A stretch of DNA of 48,734 nt from an uncultured Methylomarinum sp. GTDB lineage: Bacteria > Pseudomonadota > Gammaproteobacteria > Methylococcales > Methylomonadaceae. A program made the translations under genes and the position numbers. Of this stretch, positions 20,757-32,160 are shown piece by piece. Under the pieces are notes generated by a model. It searched no databases, was not told the DNA's origin, and worked only from the letters and a program-made list of their open reading frames with translations. Position 1 is the first letter of the stretch; each line of letters begins with the position of its first letter. Location: NCBI GenBank assembly GCA_964385115.1, contig CAYLNS010000001.1:1-48734 (forward strand), in the 5' to 3' direction.

Positions 20757-20782
20757 CATTCCCACGCTGGAGCGTGGGAATG
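20757..20782. repeat. REP-like palindrome (may double as secA terminator)
   Basis: CATTCCCACGCT-GG-AGCGTGGGAATG, 12-bp perfect arms 7 nt after the secA stop. Confidence 0.75.
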
Positions 20783-20838
20783 AGGTTTCCGTTCTGGTTC
20801 CAATGGTCTCTGTCAATGCGATTAAGTTAAGCGTTTAT

Positions 20839-20907
20839 GGAGGATGCCGCTGGGGAACGAAGCGCATCTTTCGTGATTGATGCGGTTCATTCCTCACCAC
20901 ATCCTAC
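20839..20907. repeat. GTAG-family REP doublet (REPIN-like)
   Basis: GGAGGATG...GGAACGAAGCGCATC...GATGCGGTTCATTCC...CATCCTAC: long imperfect inverted repeat ending in CTAC; left GTAG degenerate. Confidence 0.7.
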
Positions 20908-20984
20908 CAGTGATTTCTTCTCTTAATGGTTGTGATGGTTTGCGTGGGGAAAAATAGTTTTTTATTTTTATAACAGGTATTTAC

Positions 20985-23483
20985 ATGCCATATAGACAGT
21001 TCAAGAAAAGTCATCCCAAACCTTCAATCAGCAAAATTGCAAAATTGGGAATGGATAAAAAAAGCTTTACCGAAGCATTTAAACATTATTATTTATATCG
21101 GTTGGGCCGGGATCAGCATTGCCGGTCGCCGCATTATGCCTATACCGCCAACGCCTTAAGTATTTGTGATCGTTTAATCGAGCGTTGGAAGAATACCTAT
21201 AACAGCTATCGGGAAGCGGATTGTAAAAAAGCTTATTATCTGTCCATGGAGTTTCTGATTGGACGGTCGATGAGTAATGCCATGTTGAACCTGGGGGTCG
21301 AAGATCCGGTTAGTAAGGCACTTTATGATTTAGGCATTGAAATTGAGGAATTAATTGATGCCGAACCGGATGCCGGCTTGGGGAATGGCGGTTTAGGGCG
21401 TTTGGCTGCCTGTTTTATTGATAGCTGTGCGACCTTGCAATTACCGGTAGTCGGCTATGGCCTGCGTTATGAATATGGCATGTTCAGGCAGACTATAGAA
21501 AATGGCTATCAGGTTGAAAAGCCCGATCACTGGTTGAAAAATGGCAATGTATGGGAGCTGGAACGGCCTGAATACACCCAACGAGTAAAATTCTGGGGAC
21601 ATACAGAAATACAAACCGATGAAAATGGAAAATCTCATACCGTCTGGGTCAATACCCATGATATTCTGGCCGTCCCGTTTGATATGCCGGTACCAGGTTA
21701 TAAAAATGGCACCGTGAATACCTTAAGGTTATGGAAAGCGACCGCCACGGAAGAATTTGACCTGGAAGAATTTAATGCCGGGGATTATGCAGAGGCGGTG
21801 GCCCAGAAAAATACGGCTGAGAATATCACTATGGTGTTGTATCCGAATGATGCCAATGAAAATGGCAAGGAACTTCGCTTGCAACAGCAGTATTTATTAG
21901 CCTCGGCCAGTTTGCAGGATGTGATTGATAATTGGGTGGGGCGTCATGGTGCGGATTTTACCGATTTTGCAGCGAAGAACTGCTTCCAGCTCAATGACAC
22001 GCATCCGAGCATATCCGTTGCCGAGTTGATGCGTTTATTGGTGGATATTCACGGACTGGAATGGGAAGAAGCCTGGAAAATTACACGCCAGACCATGGCT
22101 TACACCAATCATACTTTATTACCGGAAGCGCTGGAGCGATGGTCGGTTAATCTGATGAGCCGGATGCTGCCGCGCCTGATGGAAATTATTTTTGAAATCA
22201 ATGTCCGCTTCATGGCTGAAGTTTCAACGCATTGGCCGGGTGATTTTGACCGTATGAGACGGATGTCAATTATTGAGGAAGGTCATGAAAAACAGGTGCG
22301 CATGGCTTATCTGGCCATTGTTGGCAGTTATTCGGTCAACGGTGTAGCTGAATTGCATTCAAAATTATTACAGGAAGGCCTGTTCAAAGACTTTTACGAA
22401 TTATGGCCGGAAAAATTCAATAATAAAACCAACGGGGTAACGCCCAGGCGCTGGCTGGCTGGGTGTAACCCGGATTTGGCTGCTTTTATTACCAAAACCA
22501 TTGGTGATGGCTGGATAACTGATTTGTCTCAACTGGAAAAACTCAAGCCTTATGCAGATGATGCCAAGTTCAGAAAAAAATGGCGTGAGTTAAAGCAGTT
22601 AAATAAACAACGTCTGGTGGACTATAAAAAATCAGAGCACGATGTTGATATTGATGTCAATGCGCTTTTTGATGTGCAGGTTAAAAGAATTCATGAATAT
22701 AAGCGGCAAATTCTGAATGTGTTGCATGTGATTCATCTTTATGACCGCATTAAGCGTGGCGATACCGATAACTGGACCAATCGCTGCGTATTGATTGGTG
22801 GTAAGGCTGCGCCCGGTTATGCGATGGCTAAAAAGGTGATTAAGCTCATCAATAATGTTGCCGAAGTGATTAATAATGATCCTGATGTCGGTGATAAACT
22901 GAAACTGGTGTTCATGGAAAATTATCGGGTATCGGCGATGGAAATTATATGCCCCGGAGCTGATTTATCCGAGCAGATATCAACAGCCGGTAAGGAAGCT
23001 TCAGGGACAGGAAATATGAAACTGATGATGAATGGCGCGTTAACAATAGGTACGCTGGACGGTGCTAATATCGAAATCAGGGAAGAAGTCGGCGATGATA
23101 ATTTCTTTTTGTTTGGCCTGACAGAAGAACAGGTTGAAGCGCTGCGGGGTCATTATAATCCACAGGAATACATTGACCAGGACAGTGACTTGCAGGGGGT
23201 AATGCGGTTGCTGGAATGCGGTCATTTTAATCAGTTTGAGCCAGGTATTTTTGACGATATTATTGCCTCGGTTAAGAGTCCTTCAGATCCCTGGATGACG
23301 ATTGCTGATTTTAGAAGCTATGTGGATGCACAAAGAAAAGTGGGTGAAGCGTATCAAGATCAGGAACGCTGGACCCGCATGAGTATTTTGAATACGGCAA
23401 GTAGTGGCAAGTTTTCAACTGACCGAACTATTTCCGACTATAACAATGACATCTGGAAACTGGATTCGGTAAAAGTTTCTTAA
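20985..23483 (+). CDS. glgP: glycogen/starch phosphorylase
   Basis: [25 protein letters not shown]-lysine motif EASGTGNMK. Confidence 0.97.
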   Translation: MPYRQFKKSHPKPSISKIAKLGMDKKSFTEAFKHYYLYRLGRDQHCRSPHYAYTANALSICDRLIERWKNTYNSYREADCKKAYYLSMEFLIGRSMSNAMLNLGVEDPVSKALYDLGIEIEELIDAEPDAGLGNGGLGRLAACFIDSCATLQLPVVGYGLRYEYGMFRQTIENGYQVEKPDHWLKNGNVWELERPEYTQRVKFWGHTEIQTDENGKSHTVWVNTHDILAVPFDMPVPGYKNGTVNTLRLWKATATEEFDLEEFNAGDYAEAVAQKNTAENITMVLYPNDANENGKELRLQQQYLLASASLQDVIDNWVGRHGADFTDFAAKNCFQLNDTHPSISVAELMRLLVDIHGLEWEEAWKITRQTMAYTNHTLLPEALERWSVNLMSRMLPRLMEIIFEINVRFMAEVSTHWPGDFDRMRRMSIIEEGHEKQVRMAYLAIVGSYSVNGVAELHSKLLQEGLFKDFYELWPEKFNNKTNGVTPRRWLAGCNPDLAAFITKTIGDGWITDLSQLEKLKPYADDAKFRKKWRELKQLNKQRLVDYKKSEHDVDIDVNALFDVQVKRIHEYKRQILNVLHVIHLYDRIKRGDTDNWTNRCVLIGGKAAPGYAMAKKVIKLINNVAEVINNDPDVGDKLKLVFMENYRVSAMEIICPGADLSEQISTAGKEASGTGNMKLMMNGALTIGTLDGANIEIREEVGDDNFFLFGLTEEQVEALRGHYNPQEYIDQDSDLQGVMRLLECGHFNQFEPGIFDDIIASVKSPSDPWMTIADFRSYVDAQRKVGEAYQDQERWTRMSILNTASSGKFSTDRTISDYNNDIWKLDSVKVS

Positions 23484-23485
23484 TT

Positions 23486-23956
23486 GTGCTGGATATTGTT
23501 TTATATGAGCCGGAAATACCGGCAAATACCGGAAATATCATCAGGCTGTGCGCCAATACCGGCGCACAGCTTCATTTGATTCAGCCGTTGGGGTTTGTGC
23601 TGGATGACAAGCGTTTAAGGCGGGCCGGACTGGACTATCGGGAATGGGTGAATATCCGGCAATATGCCAGCCTTGATGATTATGTTGAAAAAGCCAGGCC
23701 GAAACGCTTGTTTGCCTTGACTACAAAGGGGCGAACCTTATACAGCGACGCAGAGTTTCAGGAAGGGGATGCGTTGATGTTTGGGCCTGAAACACGGGGG
23801 CTGCCGGATACTTTTTTATATCAGCATGCGCCCGGGCTAAAATTATATCTGCCGATGAAGGAACATAGCCGCAGTCTGAATTTATCTAACACAGTCGCCA
23901 TCGTATTATATGAGGCCTGGCGGCAATTAGGTTTTTCCGGCGCTCATCTTAAATAA
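23486..23956 (+). CDS. trmL: tRNA (C34/U34-2'-O)-methyltransferase TrmL
   Basis: [41 protein letters not shown]. Confidence 0.97.
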   Translation: MLDIVLYEPEIPANTGNIIRLCANTGAQLHLIQPLGFVLDDKRLRRAGLDYREWVNIRQYASLDDYVEKARPKRLFALTTKGRTLYSDAEFQEGDALMFGPETRGLPDTFLYQHAPGLKLYLPMKEHSRSLNLSNTVAIVLYEAWRQLGFSGAHLK

Positions 23957-23960
23957 CCCG

Positions 23961-23978
23961 TAAGTAACTGATATTGAA
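23961..23978. repeat. third copy of the IHF-consensus motif
   Basis: TAAGTAACTGATATTGAA is the exact reverse complement of 17839-17856. Confidence 0.7.
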
Positions 23979-24020
23979 TATTTTTGATTGGTTGGTTATG
24001 GCGTTGCAAAACGAATGGCT

Positions 24021-25328
24021 TTACCATAAATCCACTCCGTCATCATCAGTATCATTTGATAAGTTATCGGAAATAACAGGCTTGTCATTTCGTGATTTAT
24101 TCCTTTTTTCTGTATCCCAATTTATCTTGCTGAGCACGAAAATATCAAGCTTTTGTTTTATTTGATGATTGAGTTTAATCAAATCTTCGTGTGATACTGC
24201 CTGGATATTCGAGGCTTCAAGAGAATCACTGTTTAAATGTATCAGCCCGTCTGATGCATTTCGGGTTTTTTCAATCAGTTCCGTCTGGCGCGAAATGGAA
24301 TCTCTGATTTGCTGGCCGATTGCATTGATTTGTTGAATAGACTCGTGAGTTTCATCGAGTTGGCTGGCTGTTTCGGTGGAATTATGCAAAGCAGAATCCA
24401 TGGCAGATAAACTTTTGGACATGGTTTCCACAACTGAATTTATATTGGCATGGATGACGCCAATGATTTCCTGAACCTCAATGGTCGATTCCCGGGTTCG
24501 TTCGGATAAGGTCCTGACCTCATCAGCTACCACGGCAAATCCACGGCCATGTTCGCCAGCCCGGGCCGCTTCAATTGCCGCATTAAGCGCCAGCAGATTG
24601 GTCTGGTCTGCAATGGTGGTAATCACCTCAATAACATTACCAATCTGTTCACTGTTTTTGAATAAGGTGTCAATTTGCTGGGAAGCATTTTGAATCTGCT
24701 CAGCCAGGTTTTTAATACTGCCGACGGTTTCATTAACAGTTTTTTCACTGTTCTGGATGCGTTGTAAGCCCAATTCAGTCGACTCATTAATATTATCGGT
24801 ATTCTGAATAACCTCGGTATTGGATTCATAAACCTCCTGTATGGCATCAACAACGATTTGGCTGAATTGTGTCTGCATGGAGATTTTTTGCGTATAAGCA
24901 TTGTAGGTATCTTTTAATTCTTCAGAAATAGGGATGAGTCGGGCGACAGATGCACATATCCTGGAAAGACTTTCTTCGGTCTGAGCGAAAAAAGTATTGA
25001 TGGTTGACCATAATGGACGAAAGGTTTCATCCCGGTCTTCAGGCAGGCGCATCGACAAATCTATTTTTGATGCTGAATTATTTTGTTTGAGTGTGGCTGT
25101 GGCCTGAACAATTTTTTTGGCAAAATGACGACGCAATAAAAAATAAGCCAGAATAAAAAGGATAACATCCTGAAAAAATAGCAAATAATGATTAGGCAGT
25201 TCAGGAAATTCGGGCATATCAAAGGATAGTAGCCAGCTTTGCAAGGCAATGAGTGGCGGTGTGGCGATGATGACAATTAAAGCATATTTGTAGCCGGATG
25301 TTGCTTGATTGTCTGCTTGCATATCCAT
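24021..25328 (-). CDS. methyl-accepting chemotaxis protein
   Basis: [34 protein letters not shown] signalling tip; two N-terminal TM segments. Confidence 0.95.
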   Translation of the reverse strand: MDMQADNQATSGYKYALIVIIATPPLIALQSWLLSFDMPEFPELPNHYLLFFQDVILFILAYFLLRRHFAKKIVQATATLKQNNSASKIDLSMRLPEDRDETFRPLWSTINTFFAQTEESLSRICASVARLIPISEELKDTYNAYTQKISMQTQFSQIVVDAIQEVYESNTEVIQNTDNINESTELGLQRIQNSEKTVNETVGSIKNLAEQIQNASQQIDTLFKNSEQIGNVIEVITTIADQTNLLALNAAIEAARAGEHGRGFAVVADEVRTLSERTRESTIEVQEIIGVIHANINSVVETMSKSLSAMDSALHNSTETASQLDETHESIQQINAIGQQIRDSISRQTELIEKTRNASDGLIHLNSDSLEASNIQAVSHEDLIKLNHQIKQKLDIFVLSKINWDTEKRNKSRNDKPVISDNLSNDTDDDGVDLW

Positions 25329-25394
25329 GGTGTTTCCTGTGAAAGTCAGGCTTTATGAGTGGTTTTTCGTATTACCTGAAGAAGTATAGGAGAT

Positions 25395-26399
25395 TTATAA
25401 AGAAATTTTGTAAGCTTTTCCTGAAATTTCTTTGACTAATCGGGGGACCAGGTAACCGGGTAGTCGGGATTTTATTTGATGGTGAAGTGCGAGGGCTGTT
25501 TCATCGTTAACAGCAAAATGAGCTGTTCCCTTTGCTTTGTCCAATTGATGCAAATAATAAGGCAGAATATCCAGAGTGAATAATTTTTCGCTTAACTCAC
25601 ACAGCGGGTCGGCTGAATCATTAACGCCTTTAAGCAATACGCTTTGATTTAACAGGGTTATGGAATGTTTTTTTAATTGCTGGCAGCTGTTTGCAACTTG
25701 TTGGCTCAGTTCGTTGGCATGATTGGCATGGAGAACCATCACTATTTTTTTAGGGCTGTTCGATAACATATCAACTAGCGATGAAGTTATCCTGGCGGGC
25801 AAAACAACCGGTAGTCGGCTGTGAATACGAATGCGTTTCAGGTGTGGAATCTGGTTTAGAGCATTGAATAGCGACAGTAGTCTGCTATCGCTGAGCAGCA
25901 GGGGGTCGCCGCCGCTGAGAATCACTTCGGTGATATCGGTATGATTGGCTATATAGCTCAGTGCCTGTTGTTGTTTTTGTCGGGTGAGTTGGTTCTCACT
26001 GTAAGGAAAATTGCGCCGGAAACAATAACGACAGTGAATCGCACAGGCAGCAGTAGTAATAAGTAAAACTCTGCCATGATATTTATGGATTACACCTGAT
26101 TCAGCAATGGCTGATAAATCCCCAACCGGATCATCGATAAACCCTGGTGTGACAAGTTGTTCCTGATGCACAGGGAGTACCTGTCGTAATAACGGATCAT
26201 CGGGATTTCCTGCTTCCATGCAATCGGCAAAGCAGCGGGGTACTTTTAGTGGGAAAAGATAATTGTCAGAAAGTATTGGCAGGTCATTGGGATTTACGTT
26301 CAGATACTCGCATAAATCTTTTATCGACGTAAAAGCATTTGCCAGTTGTTGTTGCCAGCCAGTTTGATGGGTTGTTTCAGCAGAGTTGTATGTTTTCAA
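25395..26399 (-). CDS. epmB: EF-P beta-lysylation protein EpmB (lysine 2,3-aminomutase)
   Basis: DPLLRQVLP, HKYHGRVL, CAIHCRYCFRR, ILSGGDPL; divergent from efp. Confidence 0.96.
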   Translation of the reverse strand: MKTYNSAETTHQTGWQQQLANAFTSIKDLCEYLNVNPNDLPILSDNYLFPLKVPRCFADCMEAGNPDDPLLRQVLPVHQEQLVTPGFIDDPVGDLSAIAESGVIHKYHGRVLLITTAACAIHCRYCFRRNFPYSENQLTRQKQQQALSYIANHTDITEVILSGGDPLLLSDSRLLSLFNALNQIPHLKRIRIHSRLPVVLPARITSSLVDMLSNSPKKIVMVLHANHANELSQQVANSCQQLKKHSITLLNQSVLLKGVNDSADPLCELSEKLFTLDILPYYLHQLDKAKGTAHFAVNDETALALHHQIKSRLPGYLVPRLVKEISGKAYKISL

Positions 26400-26487
26400 T
26401 GGAATAGTAAAAAATTAAAGCGGTTGAATAGCGGTCCTTATCTATTATAATGCTTTGGGTTTAATTGTTTGTTCATACGAGGAAAAA

Positions 26488-27057
26488 ATGGCGACTTATA
26501 GCACCAATGAATTTAAAGCCGGTCTGAAAATCATGCTGGACTCAGATCCCTGTTCGATTATTGAAAATGAATTTGTCAAACCAGGAAAGGGGCAGGCCTT
26601 TAACCGTGTTAAATTCAGAAATCTTAAGACAGGCCGGGTTATTGAGCGGACATTTAAATCGGGTGAAAGTGTTGAAGGCGCTGATGTAGTCGAAATTGAC
26701 ATGCAGTACCTTTATAACGATGGTGAATTCTGGCATTTTATGGTTCCGGATACTTTTGAGCAATATCAGGCCGATAAAAATGCCGTATCAGAGGCTGACA
26801 AGTGGCTGAAAGAACAGGATATGTGCGTGGTCACGTTATGGAATGATACACCGTTAAGTGTGATGCCACCTAATTTTGTTGAATTGAGCATAACTGAAAC
26901 AGATCCGGGGCTGAAAGGTGATACCTCGGGAGGGGGTGGAAAACCGGCAACGCTGGAAACCGGCGCTGTAGTCAGAGTGCCGTTATTTGTCCAGATTGGC
27001 GAAATGATTCGAGTGGATACTCGTACGGGTGAATACGTTTCCAGGGTAAAAGAATAA
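26488..27057 (+). CDS. efp: translation elongation factor P
   Basis: VKPGKGQAF (Lys34 loop), [16 protein letters not shown]; start ATG 26488 after RBS GAGGA. Confidence 0.98.
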   Translation: MATYSTNEFKAGLKIMLDSDPCSIIENEFVKPGKGQAFNRVKFRNLKTGRVIERTFKSGESVEGADVVEIDMQYLYNDGEFWHFMVPDTFEQYQADKNAVSEADKWLKEQDMCVVTLWNDTPLSVMPPNFVELSITETDPGLKGDTSGGGGKPATLETGAVVRVPLFVQIGEMIRVDTRTGEYVSRVKE

Positions 27058-27059
27058 CA

Positions 27060-28043
27060 GTGAGTGAAGGTGACTGGCGGCCTTCCTGCCAGCTGGAGAT
27101 GCTTCAGGCGCGGGCAAGGCTGTTGGCTCAGATTCGGGACTTTTTTGGACGGCGACATGTGCTGGAGGTGGAAACGCCGTTGCTGGCTCACGCGACAGGA
27201 ACCGATCCGCAACTGGATTTTTTTGCCACCCGCTTTAATTATCCACCAGAAAATCCTGAACTTTATCTGCAGACCTCACCTGAATTTGCCATGAAAAGGC
27301 TGTTAGCTGCAGGTAGTGGCAGCATTTATCAGATTTGTAAAGCCTTCAGGAATAGTGAGTTGGGAAGGTTTCATAATCCTGAATTTACGATTCTGGAATG
27401 GTACCGAGTGGGGTTTAATCTTCAGCAGTTAATGCGGGAAGTCAGTGATTTATTAGCGGAGCTTTTGCTGCCGGTACGGGATTTAAGAAAAATAGCCCCG
27501 ATGAGCTATCAGGAGCTTTTTTCTGCTGCAACCGGGCTTAATCCCTTTGAATTTGAATTATCCAGATGGCAGGCTTATGCGAATGAAAATGAACTGCAAG
27601 ATGCGCTGACAATCTGTCAGAAAGATCATGCGACATGGTTGGATTATCTTTTTTCGTTTAAAGTACAGCCCCAATTGGGAAAAAATACTATTTGTCTGGT
27701 ATATGGTTATCCTGCCATTCAGTCTTCATTAGCTAGAATAAGTGAGGCAAATTCCAATGTGGCCGAACGTTTTGAAGTGTTTATTGATGGTATTGAGTTG
27801 GGAAATGGTTTTTTTGAATTGAGCGATGCCGATGAGCAGGAAAAACGTTTTGATAAGGAAATACTAACCCGAAAGATGAATAATCAGATTGTGGTTGAAA
27901 AAGACCAGCGTTTTTTATCGGCATTGCGGGCGGGGTTGCCGGAATGCAGTGGTGTGGCAATTGGATTGGACCGGTTATTAATGTTAATAACGGGAAAGCA
28001 GTCGATTGATGAAGTCCTGGCGTTTTCCGTGATGCGGGCATGA
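27060..28043 (+). CDS. epmA: EF-P lysine--(R)-beta-lysine ligase EpmA
   Basis: YLQTSPEFAMKRLLAAG, FRNSE.GRFHNPEFTILEWYR, GVAIGLDRL. Confidence 0.97.
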   Translation: MSEGDWRPSCQLEMLQARARLLAQIRDFFGRRHVLEVETPLLAHATGTDPQLDFFATRFNYPPENPELYLQTSPEFAMKRLLAAGSGSIYQICKAFRNSELGRFHNPEFTILEWYRVGFNLQQLMREVSDLLAELLLPVRDLRKIAPMSYQELFSAATGLNPFEFELSRWQAYANENELQDALTICQKDHATWLDYLFSFKVQPQLGKNTICLVYGYPAIQSSLARISEANSNVAERFEVFIDGIELGNGFFELSDADEQEKRFDKEILTRKMNNQIVVEKDQRFLSALRAGLPECSGVAIGLDRLLMLITGKQSIDEVLAFSVMRA

Positions 28044-28049
28044 TATAAT
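28041..28049 (+). promoter_or_regulatory. extended -10 promoter candidate for bamA
   Basis: TGATATAAT (TGn-TATAAT), the TGA being the epmA stop codon. Confidence 0.45.
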
Positions 28050-28064
28050 TTTTAATATTTTTAT

Positions 28065-30359
28065 TTGGATGGATTAACCCTCTTGAAAAAGAAACTTTTT
28101 TTTTCGCTGTTTTTGTTATTAGCTTTATTGATGCGCGTAGCAAATGGCGATAATGGCTTTATTGTCAAAGATATCCAGATTAGAGGGTTGCAGCGTATTT
28201 CGGCTGGTACGGTTTATAACTATCTTCCCGTGAATGTGGGGGAAGAGTTTACTCCTCAGAAGGCTGCGGCTGCCATCAGAGCCTTGTTTAAAACAGGTTT
28301 TTTTAAGGATGTTGTACTGGAACGGTCGGGGAATACATTGATTGTTCATGTGGCGGAACGTCCGACCATTGCAAAAATTATTTTTGAAGGGAACAAGGAT
28401 ATCAGCAAGGATGACCTGAAAAAGGCACTAAATACTATTGGCTTGGCAGAAGGCAAGGTGTTTAACCGGCAATTACTGGAAAAAGTCGAACAGGAATTAA
28501 GACGGCAGTATTTCAGTCATGGTAAATACGGCGTACGGATTAAAACAGATGTAAGCAGACTGACCCGCAACCGGGTCGGGATTCATATCGAGATTTCCGA
28601 AGGACGGGTCGCTAAAATCAAACAAATTAATATTGTTGGAAACCATGTGTTTGACAGTGATGATTTGATTGATTTGTTTGAGCTGAGCACCACGAATCTG
28701 TTATCTTTTTATACTAAAGATGACCAATACTCCAAGCAAAAATTATCAGCAGACCTTGAGCGCCTACGCTCCTATTATCTGGACAGGGGCTATATTAAAT
28801 TCAATATTGAATCCACCCAGGTCAATATCACCCCGGATAAAAAAGAAATCTATATTACCGTCAATATTAATGAAGGTGATTTGTACACACTGGAAAAGGT
28901 CAAGCTGACCGGTAATCTGGTGGTCAAGCCGGATGAATTAATCAAGCTGGTTCAGGTGGGGCCGGGCGAAATCTTTTCCCGCAAAAATGCCACGTTGACA
29001 TCAAAAGCCATTTCAGACCGTTTGGGCGATGAGGGTTTCCTGTTTGCCAATGTCAATATGGTGCCCGAGATTAACGAGGACAAGAAAACGGTTGTCATGA
29101 CGTTTTTTGTTGATCCGGGCAAAAGAGTCTATGTCAGACGCATCAATATGAAAGGCAATACCAAGACCCGGGATGAAGTGTTACGTCGGGAAATGCGGCA
29201 GATGGAGGCCGCCTGGGCTTCAGGTAAAAAAATTGAGCGCTCCAAAACGAGGTTGCAAAGACTGGGCTATTTTAAGGATGTAAATGTTGAAACGCCGCCC
29301 GTAGTCGGTACTTCGGATCAGGTGGATGTCAATTATTCAGTCAGCGAACGCTCATCTGGAAACCTTTCTGCCGGGGTGGGTTTTTCCCAGGTTCAGGGTT
29401 TGGTATTCAATGCCAATATTTCCCAAGACAATGTTTTCGGTTCAGGCAAAAGGGTTAATCTTGCATTTAATAATAGTAATATAACCACACAGTACAGTTT
29501 TGGCTATTTTGACCCTTACTACACACTGGATGGTGTCAGTATGGGGTATGATTTGGGCTATATAGCCAGAGATGCATCTCAGGCAAATATTTCCAATTAC
29601 TCTACCGATGTGATTAACAGTGGTTTTAATTTTGGTATTCCGTTAAACGAGTTTGACCGGTTAAGGTTTAATACTGATTTCAGATATACAAAATTAAATA
29701 CATCCACGTTCACTTCGAATGAAATCAGGGATTTTGTCAATACACAGGGAGACAGTTATTTAACCCTGTCACTGGGCTTGGGCTGGACTCATGACACCTT
29801 GAATCGTGCGTTATTCCCCACTGCTGGCGGACAGCAGCGATTTTCTGCATTGGCGACCATTCCAGGCAGTGATTTGACGTATTACAAAGTTGCTTATAAG
29901 CAGCAACATTATTTTCCTATTGCCAAAGACCTTACCTTCAGGTTGCTGGGAGAAGTCGCCTATGGTGACGGATATGGCGATACCAAAAATTTACCGTTTT
30001 TTGAACATTATTTTGCCGGTGGGGTCAGATCGGTTCGTGGTTTCAAGGATAATACCCTGGGGCCAAGAGATTCCAATAATCGATCATTTGGGGGAAGCAC
30101 TAAAATAACAGGTAAAGCTGAACTGTTTTTTCCAGTGCCTTTCTTAAAAGAAAGTAAGTCAGTTCGAATGGGGGCATTTGTTGACGCAGGTACCATCAAT
30201 AACGGTTTTAGCGTCAGTAATATGCGTTATTCAGTCGGCATTTCCGGTGAATGGCTGTCACCATTCGGAGCGTTAGCTGTCAGCTTTGCCATACCGATGA
30301 ATTCAATTGATGGCGACCAGAAGCAGTCCTTTCAGTTCTCTTTTGGCTCAGGGTTTTAG
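28065..30359 (+). CDS. bamA: outer-membrane protein assembly factor BamA (start may be TTG 28083)
   Basis: POTRA repeats ([22 protein letters not shown]), VRGF motif, C-terminal FQFSFG..F. Confidence 0.98.
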   Translation: MDGLTLLKKKLFFSLFLLLALLMRVANGDNGFIVKDIQIRGLQRISAGTVYNYLPVNVGEEFTPQKAAAAIRALFKTGFFKDVVLERSGNTLIVHVAERPTIAKIIFEGNKDISKDDLKKALNTIGLAEGKVFNRQLLEKVEQELRRQYFSHGKYGVRIKTDVSRLTRNRVGIHIEISEGRVAKIKQINIVGNHVFDSDDLIDLFELSTTNLLSFYTKDDQYSKQKLSADLERLRSYYLDRGYIKFNIESTQVNITPDKKEIYITVNINEGDLYTLEKVKLTGNLVVKPDELIKLVQVGPGEIFSRKNATLTSKAISDRLGDEGFLFANVNMVPEINEDKKTVVMTFFVDPGKRVYVRRINMKGNTKTRDEVLRREMRQMEAAWASGKKIERSKTRLQRLGYFKDVNVETPPVVGTSDQVDVNYSVSERSSGNLSAGVGFSQVQGLVFNANISQDNVFGSGKRVNLAFNNSNITTQYSFGYFDPYYTLDGVSMGYDLGYIARDASQANISNYSTDVINSGFNFGIPLNEFDRLRFNTDFRYTKLNTSTFTSNEIRDFVNTQGDSYLTLSLGLGWTHDTLNRALFPTAGGQQRFSALATIPGSDLTYYKVAYKQQHYFPIAKDLTFRLLGEVAYGDGYGDTKNLPFFEHYFAGGVRSVRGFKDNTLGPRDSNNRSFGGSTKITGKAELFFPVPFLKESKSVRMGAFVDAGTINNGFSVSNMRYSVGISGEWLSPFGALAVSFAIPMNSIDGDQKQSFQFSFGSGF

Positions 30360-30420
30360 TTTGGCAGGCTTTTACCCTATAATTATTTAACTTTACTATA
30401 AAACCTGAGGATGGTTGAAA

Positions 30421-30921
30421 ATGAAAATAAAAATTTCGCTCTTTTTGGCATTGATTTTTGTCACCAATATCAGTTTTGCTGAATTAAAAATAGGCTTTGT
30501 CAATGTGGCTCAGGTTCTTGAAAAAGCACCTCAGGCTGCCAAAGCCAAAAAACGACTTGAGCAGGAGTTCAAGCCCAGAGACAGACACCTGGTTTCTCAG
30601 CAGAAAGAAATACAGGCTTTGGAGGAAAAACTGGCGCGTGATGCATCAGTGATGAGTGAGTCAGAACGACGCAAACTGGAACGGGATATTATCGCCAAAA
30701 AACGCGAAGCCAAACGCTCTCAGCAGGAATTTAGTGAAGACTTTAATATGCGTCGTAATGAAGAGCTGGGTAAATTACAACGTCGTATTGTCGAAGCTAT
30801 CCGTGCTTTGGCCAAGGAACAAAGTTTTGATTTACTGCTGACCGATGGTGTTATTTATGCCAGCCCGGCAGTCGATGTGACTCAACAGGTGCAGGATAAA
30901 CTGGCCAGTCTTTCTGACTAA
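30421..30921 (+). CDS. skp: periplasmic chaperone Skp/OmpH
   Basis: Signal peptide then KIGFVNV, coiled coil, [11 protein letters not shown]; follows bamA. Confidence 0.93.
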   Translation: MKIKISLFLALIFVTNISFAELKIGFVNVAQVLEKAPQAAKAKKRLEQEFKPRDRHLVSQQKEIQALEEKLARDASVMSESERRKLERDIIAKKREAKRSQQEFSEDFNMRRNEELGKLQRRIVEAIRALAKEQSFDLLLTDGVIYASPAVDVTQQVQDKLASLSD

Positions 30922-30944
30922 ACGTATTTAGTAAAAGGATTACT

Positions 30945-31397
30945 ATGACTGCTACATTGGATATACTTCAAATCAGAGAGTTACTGCCTCATCGCTACCC
31001 GTTTCTTTTGGTTGACAGGGTGCTGGAATGTATTCCTCAAGAAAAATTACGGGCCATTAAAAATGTCAGCATGAATGAGCCTTTCTTTCAGGGACATTTC
31101 CCCGATCAGCCGGTGATGCCAGGGGTTTTGATTATGGAGGCTCTGGCGCAGACAACGGCATTGTTGACTTCACAAAGTGATGAATCTTGTGTTAAAGGCA
31201 CAGTTTACTATCTGGCCGGGATTGACAAGGCGCGATTTAAAAAGCAGGTAGTACCGGGGGATCAATTATCTCTGGAAGCTGTTTTAACCAATCGCAAACG
31301 TAATATCTGGACATTTGATTGCTGTGCGGAAGTCGAAGGAGTTCTGGCTGCCAGAGCGCAAATCATGTGTGCAGCCTCGGTGCCTGTAAATGATTGA
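30945..31397 (+). CDS. fabZ: 3-hydroxyacyl-ACP dehydratase FabZ
   Basis: [34 protein letters not shown]. Confidence 0.98.
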   Translation: MTATLDILQIRELLPHRYPFLLVDRVLECIPQEKLRAIKNVSMNEPFFQGHFPDQPVMPGVLIMEALAQTTALLTSQSDESCVKGTVYYLAGIDKARFKKQVVPGDQLSLEAVLTNRKRNIWTFDCCAEVEGVLAARAQIMCAASVPVND

Positions 31398-32160
31398 TTC
31401 AAAAGCAGTCATTGATAGCTCGGCTGAAATTGAAGAGGATGTTGAAATCGGTCCATTTACGGTGATTGGACCGGATGTGCAGATTGATAGCGGTACTGTT
31501 ATCGGGCCTCATGTCGTGATAAAAGGACCGACAGCCATCGGTCGGGATAATCGGATTTATCAGTTTTCGTCCATTGGCGAGGATCCTCAGGATAAAAAAT
31601 ATGCCGATGAAGTGACCCGGCTGGAAATCGGTGACAGAAATGTGATTCGGGAATTTGTCACCATGCATCGCGGGACGGTTCAGGATCATGGCCTGACACT
31701 AATTGGCAGCGATAACCTGTTTATGGCGTATGCTCATGTGGCGCATGATTGTGTCATTGGCGATCATGTCATCATGGCAAATGGTGCATCCATTGCTGGC
31801 CATGTCCATGTCGGGGATCATGCTATTTTGGGCGGATTTACTCTGGTTCATCAGTTTACCCAGATTGGTGAATACAGTTTTTCTGCGATGGGCAGTGCGG
31901 TTACTCAGGATATTCCTCCCTATGTAATGGTTGGCGGGCATCCAACACGGCCGCATGGCATCAATTCAGTCGGAATGGAACGGAATGGCATTTCGGCAGA
32001 AGATATTCGTTTAATTCGTAAAGCCTACAAGATTTTATATAAAAATGGTCTACGGATTGAAGACGCGATTGAAGAGATTGAAGAATTGGCGGGAGACAGC
32101 GATCAGCTCTCCAAAATGGTCAGCTTCCTGCGTAATGTAACTCGGGGGATTTTGCGATAA
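31390..32160 (+). CDS. lpxA: UDP-N-acetylglucosamine acyltransferase LpxA
   Basis: Hexapeptide repeats, [27 protein letters not shown]. Confidence 0.97.
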   Translation: MIDSKAVIDSSAEIEEDVEIGPFTVIGPDVQIDSGTVIGPHVVIKGPTAIGRDNRIYQFSSIGEDPQDKKYADEVTRLEIGDRNVIREFVTMHRGTVQDHGLTLIGSDNLFMAYAHVAHDCVIGDHVIMANGASIAGHVHVGDHAILGGFTLVHQFTQIGEYSFSAMGSAVTQDIPPYVMVGGHPTRPHGINSVGMERNGISAEDIRLIRKAYKILYKNGLRIEDAIEEIEELAGDSDQLSKMVSFLRNVTRGILR

